Source: Azolla caroliniana
Lineage: Eukaryota; Plantae; Polypodiophyta
NCBI GenBank assembly: GCA_043228905.1
Contig: JBHGNT010000008.1
Location: 14,880,001-14,944,000 of the forward strand
Direction of reading: 5' to 3'
Length of the DNA: 64,000 bases
The notes beneath the pieces are model-generated. The model was not told the DNA's origin and did not search any database. It saw only the letters and a program-made list of their open reading frames with translations. Shown here in pieces: positions 34,530 to 46,738 of the stretch (positions are counted from its first letter, which is position 1; the number at the start of each line of letters is the position of its first letter). The position numbers and the translations under genes are program-made.

Positions 34530-36088
34530 CGCATCCAACGGTATGCACCTAAATAGACTCTTGCCGGAGAAGACCGGCCCGCGCCTACCCTTCGTCCTCC
34601 GGATCGCCATTCGCCCCGAACCGGTCGTCCTTGCAATCCAAGTCATCCGGGTTCGGTTCATGCTCGTGCCGCTTTTTGAACACTTTGATCCTTTTCCTGG
34701 CCACTGGTACTGCCATCCTCGTCCCGTCAAGCTCCGCGAGATGGTAGGTCCCGTTGTCGTTGGCGCTTGTCACCACGTAAGGCCCGAACCACCTCCTTGC
34801 AAACTTTCGCATCGCCTTGTGCTGGTTATCGAGGTTGCTGTCATATACCAGAACCCGGTTGCCTTCCTCGATTTTCTTCGGCCTTAGTCGGTGAGTTCGG
34901 TCAAATCGTCCTTTGTTCTTTACCCTTGCGACCCGCAACTTTTTTGCGGTTCGTTCCACATCCTCTGGCCTTCACTCGAGCTGTCGGATCCACGCCGCTA
35001 ACAGCTCCTCCCAGCTCATCTCGTTTCTCCAGTCCACCGCAGCCCATGAGGAGATCGTTCGCTCCATTGGCATGACCGGCTTCTACCCGTACATCAGCTC
35101 CGCTAGCATGAACCCGGTTACTGAACTGTGCGTAGTTCGGTCGGCCCACAACGCATAGGGTAAGAGCCGCGGTCGGCCCATGTCCGCGTTCCACCTTCCC
35201 GTTCACCTCCAGATTGTACGCCGTGGTGAGCAAGAGTTTAACACCTAGCTGGTCAAACAGCTCCTCAACCTCTTGTGCGTCCAATTCTCCGCGGTCAGCT
35301 ACGATCTTTCCTACGCACCCGTACTGGCATACCACTTCTTCGATCAGAAATCGGCACGCGGCCACGGTCGTTTTTGGTCAGCAACGCTCAGCCTTCCACC
35401 TGGTTCGTTAGGTCCTCTCGAGCCAGCACCAGATATCGCATCTACCCAGTCGGCATTGTAACCAGATCCACCATCCACTTGAAGTGGACGATCAGAGGGT
35501 AGGTCGGGTGGAGCTCGTCCTGATGTCAGACTATGGAGTGCATCTGACAGCTTTCGCAAGCCGTCACGAACCAATGCACGTCCCGGTATAGTCCCGACCA
35601 CCAGTACTTCCCCTTCAACTTCTCGAATGTGGCCCATGTCCCGCGGTGCCCAGCCCAGGGACTTTCGTGGTACGCCGCCAACAATTCCTCTTGTTCCTCT
35701 TTCTTCGCCACCACCCGGAGCGGAACGCCGTTTCTCTTCTTCGGGTGTTTCCAGACGCACCCATCTCGTAGGAAGAATCACTACGCTTTCTTCCGAATCC
35801 GGTTGGTCTCTTCCTTCGTGCATGCCACGTCCGATGTCATTGTCTTCAGGAACCCGCCGATCCGGAGCCACTCCCCCGCCGTACTTGCTCTCGTTGAACT
35901 CATTAAGTGCCGAAGTGCTCCCTTTCCTTGTTGTTACGTAAGCCGACTCAAAGAAGCCCACGCCGACTTCTTCGTCCTCCGAAACCATGTCATCCTCATC
36001 ATCGAATCTCGCCCTCGAAAGCATGTCGGCCATGGAGTTGTCTTTTCCAGAAATGTGTCGTATTTCCAGATTCAGGGACTTGATGTAC
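34530..36088 (-). pseudogene. pol: Element H RNase H end and integrase
   Basis: ADMLSR, HESPWAGHRG..CESCQ, IVADRGE..NGKVERGH and WFGPY motifs, with frameshifts. Confidence 0.85.
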
Positions 36089-36485
36089 TGAAAAGAATGG
36101 CGTGCGGAAGCAATATAGGAAACCGAACAATAGAAAACGCAGGTTTAATGGAAAGCTTAGGTTTGCACAGTACGCACGGGAGACACAAAGAGAGTAAAAA
36201 CAAGAACTTAATTCAAAAAATAATACTCGATCTGTACATCGTGTGTGTTCAATGAACACTTTTATACAAGTCCTTTTCGGACTGACAGAAGTAGTGATAG
36301 TACTTCAATGCTCATTAAGGAGCCCCTACACTAACTCCCAAATATATTCCTTGCGGAATATCTTTCCGATGGCCTCCCGGTTTCTGCACCGATCTGGCCT
36401 TTCTACGCACCGGTCTGCGTACCGGTTTCCAACCGATCCAGCCTAACCAATCGGTCCCAACCGATGTTGAGCTTGTCTCTCAACA

Positions 36486-39400
36486 CTCCCCCTCAAGCTC
36501 AACTTGAGGCTCTTCAGGATCTTCCAGATCACCACTCCGGTTCCTCTTGGCTCCACTCCTCGCTCGCGCTCCTCGGCCTTCCGGTCGGCTTGTCTGCTCA
36601 CACAGCCTTTCTCAGCTTCCTTGCTGTTGCGGTGTTGGCACCTCTTCTGCTGCCTTCTCTTCCGCTTGTCCCTTGGTTGATTCAGCGTATCTGAATCAAA
36701 CATCCGAACTGACTCGGCTACCTCCGATCGGTTTTCGCTCTCGTCCGAGTTGGCTATCTCCAACTCGTCTTCGGTCTTCACGCCGTTGACGTCGTGATCT
36801 CCCCCATGCTTGGTTGTCTTAGGCTCTTTCTTTCGGGTGCTCCCCTTATGTCCGCTTTTGGACTCTGCCGCGGATCCGCCCTCGGCTTCTTCAACCGATC
36901 CAAATTTGAACTCGTCATCCGACTCGGTGTCACCGTCTTCGTCCTCCGGAACTTCTCTCCCTCTTTCGTGGTCATTCGGGACGTCTCTCCCCCTCAAGTT
37001 CGGCCACGTCGAGGTGATGCAATCCAAGCGCACCTGAGAATTTCCCCAACTTGTCCAGACCAAGAGGCTTGGTGAAGATGTCGGCAGTCTGCCGATCCGT
37101 CGGAACATACTGAAGTTCAACTTCACCGGAGAGAACACGCTCATGGACAAAGTGGTAGTGCACCTCAATGTGCTTTGTCCGGGCGTGGAAAACGGGGTTC
37201 TTGGCGAGCTGGATGCTGGTGAGGTTGTCGCAGTAGATAGTCATTGGATCGGACACCTCCACCTGCAGATCCTTAAGTAGCCGCTTCAACCATATGGCTT
37301 CGCATGTCGCGATAGCCGCTCCTCGGTACTCAGCTTCGGTGCTCGACAGTGCAACTATCGGCTGCTTCTTACTGCTCTACGCTATCGTGGGACTTCCAAG
37401 AGAAAACGCGTCTCCGGACGTGGATCGGCGATCGGCGGCGTTGCCAGCCCATTCAACATCGATGTAGCCGACCAACTGCAAGGCTTTACCGGTCCAATAT
37501 AGCAATCCCCGGTCCTTACTGCCGCTTACGTACCGCAATACGCGTTGTGCACACTGAAGGTGCTCCTCGGTAGGTCACGCCATGAACTGACTGATTACCC
37601 CAAGCAGATAACTGAGATCGGGTCGGGTGATTGTTAAGTAGATAAGGCTTCCGACAATTTCCGGAATTGGGGCGAAGCTTCACGGTTCTATCCAGAGGAG
37701 TCGAGACGGACTTACAGTCGGCCATCCCGAATTTGAAGAGCATACTCAACACATAATGGCATTGGTTGATCAATATGCCTTTGGGGGTACGGATCACTTC
37801 AATCCCAAGGAAGTAATGAAGATCCACCAGATCCTTCATGTTGAATGATGCCGCAAGCTAGAGCTTCACGCGGTCAATTTCACCTAGGTCGGTGCCAGTG
37901 ATGACCAGGTCATCAACATATAGTAAAATACTTACTGGACCGAGTCGACCTTTCCGGATGAACAGGGAAGAGTCCGATTTTGACGTTGCAAAGCCCATCC
38001 AACGTAGTTGCTGCGATACCTTTGCGTTCCAGGCACGCGAGGCTTGCTTCATTCCGTAAAGGAACTTCTTCAATCGGCACACTACCGACGTGTTCGTTCC
38101 GGAGAGAAATCCGGGGGAGTTGTACCATGTACACCTGTTCCTCAAGCTCACCATGTAGGAACGCATTCTTTACATCCATCTGATGTAAGTGCCACCCCTT
38201 TGCCGCAGCTACCACGAGCAAAACACAGACGGTCGTCATCTTCGCGACCGGCACAAACGTCTCATCGTAGTCGATGCCGTGTTTCTGCGCATAGCCTTTT
38301 GCCACTAACCAGACCTTGTATCGGTTGACCAAGCCATCAATGTTGTACTTGACCTTGTACACCCACCTACATCCGATCTGCTTCACACCCTTCGGTGCGT
38401 CAACCAGGTCCAAGGTCTCTTTGTCCGCCAATGCGTGCATCTCTTCCTCCATCGCAGTGCGCCAGTTCGCGTCCTTAGTCGCTTCTGCGTAGCTCTCCCG
38501 CTCACGCACTTCCGCTACACGGGTCATTTATGCATAATGATGCGCCATGTACTCATTGTATCCGAACTGCACAACTAGGTTCTTCTAGCCGGTAGATCGG
38601 CATAATCGGTCATTAGCCGATGTCGAGGTCTTCTTGTCGACGCGGACTTTGCTCTTGAAGACCCGTCACCACTTCCCTCGGAGTCAGACTCGTGTCGGTC
38701 AGACTCGTTCCTATCCGTGCCGGAATCCAACACCTTCTTCTTCCCTTTCTCTTTGCGCGTAAGCCGTCTCCTCGGCTTCCTGCGCGGGGAATGCACGGCC
38801 GAGTCTCCACTACTCGTCGGCTCTTCATCGGACTGGTCGAACCGACTCAGTCATCCATTCGGTCCGCTTACTCGAAACGAAATCGGACTCTCTTTGCAGG
38901 TCCCGATTTCAGGCTCATCTGGAGGCACCTCAGCCTCACTCACCTCATTATCAGAAGTCGGATTGTAGGTGAGGTCCAGAGTCGGAGGCAAGTACCAGTA
39001 CGCGGACTCATCAAAAACAACGTCGCGGCTCACGTGCGCTTCTTTGGTGCGCGGGTTATAACACTTATAACCCTTCTGCTCGTCCGAGTAACCGACCAAG
39101 ATACATTTCTGGGCCTTTGCGTCCAACCTTCTCCGTTTCTCCTTCGGCACATGCACATATGCAATGCTACCAAAAACTCGTAAGTGTCGCAAGTTCGGTT
39201 TCGTTTCAAAATATAGCTCGTGCGCCGACACTTTTCCTCAAGTTTGAGGTCCCGGAAATAGTCGAAGACTTCGCTCTTCCTCTCAATGAGGTAGATCCGC
39301 GTGTGCCGCGTGTAGTCATCGATGAAGGACACGAAATATCGGTTCCCGCCAAGACTAACATTTTGTGCCGGCCCGCACACATCGGAGTGTTGGGATTTTC

Positions 39401-41619
39401 GGTCCCTCCGGATGGGATGTCCGGAGATGAATGACGGCAATCCCGGTTACGGTTACGGTTACGGTTACGAGTACGATTCCGGAGCCGGACGATGAAGACC
39501 CCGGCTACGGAGCCGGATGATGAAGACCCCGGCTACGGAGCCGGATGACGAATGTACCCGGAGAGAGATCCGGATGCGGGGACATATTTGTGAATATGTT
39601 TGCCAAGGGCCCTTGAGGCTATATTTGTAAATAGCCCGAAAGTCATATGTGTATAAATATGACTTAGGGCAAACAGTTTGATGTTGTTGCTCATTTTTTT
39701 CTGGTTTTTTTTTACTTAGAGAGAGCTAAGTGAGCAGCCGAGAGAGAGAGAGAGAGAGAGAGACGAAGAGGTCGTTGCCTCTGTGTACTGCCGCCGCCTG
39801 TGGCGAAGACAGTGAGCTCAAGGTTGTTGCCTTGTAGCTTCACCATTGTACATCTCTATTTATAGTGATAGTTGGAGTTTGAGGACTCCCGTGGTTTTTC
39901 CCCATTTAGGGTTTTCCACGTAAAACATCCCGTGTACTCTTCTCTCTATTGTACTTCGTGCATTTTGTATTTCCTGTTTTCTGAAAGTTGATCCTATTCC
40001 TCGGTTGTGGCCGAGCACTGTTTTTCAACACGGAGTGTATCAAGTCGAGCTTGTTCTGGCTCCGGTTACGCTCATTGGGGAAGGGAAGTCGGTGTTGCTT
40101 CCCAAGCTGGCAGGTTTCACAAATTTGTGCCTTCCGGACACTAAATTTGGGCAATCCAAACACCACCTGTTTCGATTGCAGGTCCTGAAGCCGCTGGTAG
40201 TTGACGTGGCCTATCCGTTTGTTCCATAAGTCGATGTCCGAATCAACTTTTTGTCCCTTCGCGAACATTGTGGTGCCACCGTCAGTAGAGTCGAGGATGA
40301 ACATCCTCCCATCTCTTCGCCCGTGCGCAATAACACGGCCTTCTTCCTCAATGAAGCACCCGAGGTGTGTAAACCGGACCTCCATCCCTTGGTCGACGAT
40401 GTGTCCGACCGACACCAAGTTCTTCGTGATTGTTGGAATGTGTAGCACGTTCATGAGTTTCCCTTTCTACCCAACATGGCTCAGGGGAACTTCTCCGACA
40501 TTCGCGATCGGATGCGGAGTGTCGTCTCCGGTTGCCACTACTCCCAATTGCATCGGTTTTTCTAGGTACGAGAACCACTCCTTATGGCACGTCATATGGT
40601 TTGACGCGCTGGAATCGACGTACCACACCTCCTCCCACTTCGGGGAGATCTTCTTCATTGAGTTTGCTTTGTGTCTCGTCACGAAGACTGACCCTTTTCC
40701 AACTTCTCCGGATCCTTCGGCGTAGTGCGATCGTTGCCCATTTCCTTTGTCGGTCTGTCCTGACCCGGTTCTCTCTGAATCGGCACGCTTTTTCCAACAC
40801 TCGCTCTCCCTATGGCCTATCTTGCCATAGTACCAGCATTCCGCGGTGGATTTCCCTTGCCGGTTCTCGTCGCCTCGACTCCCCCTGTTTCCGGAGGGTC
40901 CGGAATTGCTGTCGGCATCACTTCGGTGCCTTCTTCCTTGATCCCGTCGACCACCTCCATTGCGTACCGACTCGCCTCGTCCGCCATGACCACGGGGCCT
41001 ATCTCCTTTCGTGTATAACACCTTACTGTCGGCTGGTGTGCTTGTCGACGCACCGGCGTGGTTCTCCTATAGAAGGAGCATCGACAGTAAGTCGAAAAAC
41101 GATGGCGTATTCTCCCGTGTACACACAACAGTTCGGAATGCTACGAACATTGACGCCAAACCCCCGAGACATACCTGGACCATCTCGCTTTCCTCGATGT
41201 TCACATCGATGGAAGCTAAGGAGTCGCATATGTATCTTCGATGTATAGTCAGCCACCGACAAATCACATTGTCGTAGGTTGCTGAACTCTTGTCGGAGCT
41301 GAAGCTTCCTGGCTGTGGTGCTCGCGGCGAAGATCTTCTTCAGATTTTCCCACGCACGCTTCGGCGTTTCTGCATCTCGAACGTAGCTTAAAAGTTGTTC
41401 GCCCACACAAGATGTGAAACAGTACAACACTCTGCTCACCGATTGTTCCCACGCCAGGAAGTCTTTGTGTGTCAATTCGGGTGCCGCGTCATTGACTCCT
41501 TCGACATAGCTACAGTAACCATGCCCAAGCAGGTACTGGTGCATCTTGTAGGACCAAGATGCGTAGTTGGTTCTGTCAAGCTTCTCCGTCAGAAGCGAGC
41601 TAGCCATTCCTCTATCCAT
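36486..41619 (-). pseudogene. pol: Element C' gag-pol, degenerate, with IN core deletion and a solo LTR insertion
   Basis: Co-linear with C. Starts MDRGMASSL; has [16 protein letters not shown] and HARTKHIEVHYHF motifs. Confidence 0.9.
39388..40030 (+). mobile_element. Solo LTR of A-related family A2
   Basis: TGTTG..CAACA ends; shares the TATAAATATGACTTAGGGCAAAC core with A LTRs; TSD CGGAG (39383-39387 / 40031-40035). Confidence 0.92.
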
Positions 41620-42134
41620 CGGTTTTCTTGTTCTTCTTCGTTGGTTTTCCCTTCAAGCAAAGTCGACTGCAGAGGTTCTCAACCCTCGCGCTTTGATACC
41701 ATGAAAAGAATGGCGTGCGGAAGCAATATAGGAAACCAAACAACAAAAAATGCAGGTTTAATGGAAAGCTTAGGTTTGCACAGTATGCACGGGAGAGACA
41801 AAGAGAGAGTAAAAACAAGAACTTAATTCAAAAAATAATACTCGATCTGTACATTGTGTGTGTTCAATGAACACTTTTATACAAGTCCTTTTCGGACTGA
41901 CAGAAGTAGTGATAGTACTTCAATGCTCATTAAGGAGCCCCTACACTAACTCCCAAATATATTGCTTGCGGAATATCTTTCCGATGGCCTCGCGGTTTCT
42001 GCACCGATCCGGCCTTTCTACGCACCGGTCTGTGTACCGGTTTCCAACTGATCCAGCCTAACCGATCGGTCCCAACCGATCCTGTCCTTGGCTTGCTCAG
42101 CCGATCCAACCGATGTTGAGCTTGTTTCTCAACA

Positions 42135-45100
42135 TGTATGCTATCCACCTGAGCATTGCCAAGTCCGGCGTCGCGCATCCGGAAACCATACCCACAATCG
42201 GCAGGCAGTCCGTCTCAATTATCACCTCCGTCCCAATCAGGTAGTCTTTGTCAGCCTTGACCGCCAAAACGATACCCCAGAGTTTGCGTTTAACCTGGGA
42301 GTACCCTCGCTGTCATTCGTTGAGGACTTTCGCACCGAACTGAATAGGGAACCTTGTGCCGTTCTCATCCTCCTGGTTGATCACCCATCCGATTCTGGTC
42401 AGACTCGTGTCTACGGTCACGTAAATCAGAATGTCTTTACCGTAGACCGCTTTCTAAAGTGCCAGTGCCGCAACAACTGCTTCTTTCATTTTCCGGAACG
42501 ACTCCGTATGCTCCTCTCTCCACTCGAATTTACACCCTTTCTTCAACAATCCATAGAGCGGCTCTGCGACATGCATAATGCGGGATCCAGATATGGTAGA
42601 ACGTGCATGCTCCCAAGAATCTCCGGACTTCCGTTACCGAATTGTAGTCGCGCTTCATCGTGGAGATGGCCTCTACCTTGGCCGGCGACTGTTTCCGACC
42701 AAATGGCCCACATAGGTGTCCGACCACCATGATCTCTGATTGCCCGAAGGCCAATTTTTCCCCGGAGAAGGCGAGCCTCGTGCCTTCTAGTCTTCACAGC
42801 ACCTTCTCGCAGTCATCGACGTGGTCTGCCACAAATTACCGGCATCCGTCCAGTCTGATTGTCTCGTCCTTATCCTCCACCGGGCATCCTTTGATCGGGA
42901 TGTCGTCTAATAACGGCATGGTGACGTCCAGGATACAATCCCTTAGCACCTTGTTCATCGCGTTCACCATTTGGGCTATCAAGTTTGTCCCTCCTTGCGG
43001 AAGGGTACACATCCGTACTAGGACGAGGGGAGTCTGCATCGTCATAATGTCCATGCACTCCATGACTTGCTGGAACTGATCGTATCCTGAGTACAGATCA
43101 CCAACCGAGTAAATTGACCTTCCGGCGAAGGCCTCCGCGAACTCTTCTATGGTCGGTTCGATTCCTGCGTTCCGAATGGTCACCTTGTTGACCGGCTGCA
43201 GGTCCTGAATGAAGCGCAGCGTGCCGTTCTTCTTGGGCACAATAAACCACCGATTAGAATACGGGGCTCTCCACGGTTCGAGGATGCCCATATCCACCTT
43301 CTGTTTCAGTGGCTCCATTAGTTTCGGGATGTGAGCTCTGGGTACTGGAATCGGTTTGAGATTCCACGGTACATGCGGTACCGTGAAGATCACCATCAGC
43401 TCCACAATCATCGGGTCTATGCACTAAGGCCCTCTCTGAACACCTCCCATAGCTTCCCCAAGGTGTCTTCGACAGAGACCGCCTCCATGGCTCAGTTGAT
43501 TTCCGCTCTGGGGCCGAGAACTCCGCATGCCCTGAGTTGCTCTTCTACCCGCTTCTTCTCCCGGCCAACAACGCCGGCTATTCTACAACCTCCGCTGCCG
43601 GAGAACAAGTTCTTCTGCCTACTTTACACGTGTGGAGTTATTCTGGAGTCTCCAAACTATCGCGGCCCCACGCCTTCATAGCCCTCTCTAAAAATCCCCT
43701 CCGCTTTCGCCGCTGAGGGTCTCTCGGTTTCGTTCATGGTTCGGTCGTACCGTCAAAAACTGGACGGACTGATGCTCCTCCTGGCTCTTGACTAGCGCGT
43801 ACGCCGACCTGTTGTCCTGCACCTTCGTTTCCATTTGTGCCACTGTAATGTACGGTTCCCCGAGTATCACCGGATGCGAGGATGTCTCCTGCACAAAGAA
43901 GTGTTGATCGATCTCGACATCACCGATTTTCACTCGTACATTCGGGTAGGCTCCGTGTAGCTCCTCCGTGGCGCGCGTCGCCGCTCGTATTTTCCACTCA
44001 TGCTTGGTGTTGATCGGCCACTTGCCCTTCTTGTAAAAGTCCATGGACATCAAGTTGATTTCCAAACCGTGGTCTACCAATGCCACCACTAGCTCCTCAA
44101 CATCTCCGATCTTAACGGGGGTCTCCGTAGTGGCTCTGGCCCAATGTAGCCTTGAATAGTGGCTTTCCGCCAACTCGTCTTCTAGGGCCATGTCTTCTAG
44201 GTGTGTCGTTCGCACCTGCACAGGCTTCTCCGGCTCCGGCTCCGGCTCCGTCGAAAACCTCTTCCGCTTCACCAAGTCTACAATGGAGTCGTGGAACTCC
44301 TTTTTGGCGATACCGAGCACTTCCTTCAGCGACAACTCCACTTTGTTGTCGAGGATCCGTTCCTCCACGACCTTTCGTAGGTCCGTGGTCCTTTCGATCT
44401 CTGTGCTCAACTGGTAACCGGTCTTCTTGGCCTTGTCCGGTGCGCCGGATGCACCGACGTCATTCTGCCTCTACCCAAACCGGGTCTCATATCGTTGTGA
44501 GGGTCCAACCCCTCCGGTCTTTCCCGCACCCTTCTCTTCCACCAGAACCTCGTAGTTCTGGCACGCGGCTTCTATGAAGCCCGTCTTTTCTTCGACCGGG
44601 TCACTCCACCCGGTTACCTCTCGGACCCCGTCTTTCCGCGCGGTCCGCTTCGTCTTTCCTCAATCGTACACCGGCGAGGCCTTCTAACATCAATGGCCAG
44701 AACCTAGAGTCCTTCGTCTTCCGGACTTCGTCGCTCCCGACCCGGATTCCTGCCGACGCTGAGTAGAGGACAGTCTCCATGTGGCAAGCCGCCGCTTCTT
44801 CCATCAGCCGCTTCATTCCCCCTCATCCGACGTTCAGTTCTAGGGCCCTCCTGGTTTTGCTAGCGTGTACACGCCCATTCCACAGGTACACCAGACCTTA
44901 TCGTTTCCGTGAAATCCCCGCAGTCCTTCCGGGCGTGGCCGACCGCGTCGCACGACAAGCACTGATGCCCAACCGGAGGCCTTCGGTCGTGGGCTTGTTC
45001 GCCGTTGTCCCTTCGTGCCTATGCAATCTGGAGGTCCCTTACCATCTGAGTTAGCTCCCGCCGGTGGGGTAACCTCGAGCTTCCTTGCCACAATAGAGCC

Positions 45101-45690
45101 TACTCCCGCCGAGCCTTTATCGACCCAATCTCGTCGTTTATCGAAACGGCCACAAACTCTCTTCACCACGGCCTAGTCGGCCGTCAGCCCATCGTCGGTC
45201 TCTAGCAAGAGGCCCACTTGGTCCCGGTCCCTCACGTCCACCGATTTAACAAACAATAGGACATGACTTGTGTCCAGTACGGTTCGGTCCAGTGCCAAAA
45301 GACGTGCGAAGCATTCTTCAAACTTCTAGAGGGGCATCGACACGTTTCTCCACCCATTCCATGAAGTCCCGTTTCAATAGCCGAAGCGCGTCATCAAGCC
45401 CATATTTCTCAAGGAGCCGACCTTTAAATTCTTCCAAGGTCCGGCTCTTAGCCCGTACCTTGAGAACCTCCGCATAGATGCTCGGCATTGCCACCCGAGG
45501 GAATCCGGCCAATCGCCTGTCCTCCGGAATGTCCCTCATCACCATTTCGGCTCGGTAGGCCTCCAAATAGCTCGTGGCATCCTTTCCACCGAACCGGCCT
45601 ATCGTGCCTACGATCACATCAATGGCCCTATCGAGGGTGCCTGTGCCTTCGTGCGCACTCACTATCCGATCCACAGTTGAAGCCATGGCT
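42135..45690 (-). pseudogene. pol: Element H gag, protease, RT and RNase H start
   Basis: RFGGKDATSYL (gag), ALVDHG.EINLM..ILGEP (PR), and VPKKNGTLRFIQDLQPVN..LPQG..LLDDI (RT). Confidence 0.87.
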
Positions 45691-45735
45691 TTTGCAAGCT
45701 CCGATCCCCTCATCTTTCTATTCCTTTGCCGCCTA

Positions 45736-45753
45736 TTCACATCGGGTTCACCA
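45736..45753 (-). promoter_or_regulatory. PBS of element H, complementary to tRNA-Trp
   Basis: The plus strand reads TTCACATCGGGTTCACCA versus the recalled plant tRNA-Trp 3' end TTCACGTCGGGTTCACCA. It lies 6 nt from the LTR. Confidence 0.75.
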
Positions 45754-46738
45754 AATATATGTCACGTTATTACGCGTCTACATGTAGAGCAAGGCGGGAC
45801 CGCGGGGGTCTTGGTCCGAGGAACAAGAGAACAAGAGGGGAGCAAGAAGACAATGGTCGTGCTTCGCACATGCAGAACTACATAGAAACGCAACTGATTG
45901 AAGCAAGATGAATGTATGTATGTGTATGTATATATATATAAGATAAAAGGGGTTACAACCGGAGGGCCAGTGAGCGACAAGCTCTAACGCCTACACACCC
46001 ACACGCACACAGAAGCGAGATGGAGACTCAGCCGGAAGCACTTGGGCGTTCCGCGGAGCAAAGTCAGCCTCCCGAAAACCTGCACAGAGCAAATACAGAG
46101 AAAGACGGAGGAGAAGAGCTCTGTCCCAGTCCGACAGCACTTCGTCCTCAACAAAAGCGATCCCCCATTACGTTTCCTCTCCCTCGCTTTTATAGCCCAA
46201 GCAAGGAGGCCATCACAACCTATTACATCATCTTTATTCTTTGTCCTTTCGGACAGAGATACGCCTCGATTTTCTACCTACAAATGCGTGCTACCTAGGG
46301 TATTCACATCTGCCGACTTGTACCTAAATATATATATTGCAGCAAAACTTGTGCCTAAGTATAAGGGCCAATTCGCGCACATTATTCTCCGGTTCTGCCT
46401 AGGGACGGTTTTCTCCAGGACAACGTGCTTTGCGTGCTCTCGTCTGATCACTCGAAATCACCTGTGGACGCTGAGATCTTTGTGTTCGCGAAATGAAAGG
46501 GACTATGCGCGGCGTGGGTTTTCTTTCTCCATGCGTGGCACCTTTTCTTGATTTCCACGCATGCACTTCCTATACTAATATAGCAGTTGGTTGACATGTG
46601 TTGCCCCTGTCTTTAAAAGCTTTAATTAGCCACCCACCACACCTTTTCAAAGTGCCCATTCGCTCCTCGCCTCTACATGATGACTTTCCTTTTTCTTTTT
46701 CTTTTCTTTCTTTTCTTTTCTTTCTTTTTTTTCTTTTT

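Larger units (their letters stand above)
36089..42134 (-). mobile_element. Ty1/copia element C' (sister subfamily of C)
   Basis: LTRs 41702-42134 (5') and 36089-36485 (3'); PBS TGGTATCAAAGC (minus) ending at 41701; PPT 36486-36497; near-TSD TGTAC / TGTAT. Confidence 0.93.
33185..46422 (-). mobile_element. Ty3/gypsy element H (Phygy-like non-chromovirus); hosts C' and a solo LTR A
   Basis: LTRs 45760-46422 (5') and 33185-34511 (3', interrupted); PPT GGTGGGGGCGGA (minus) at 34512-34523; 4-bp near-TSD ATGT / ACGT. Confidence 0.9.
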
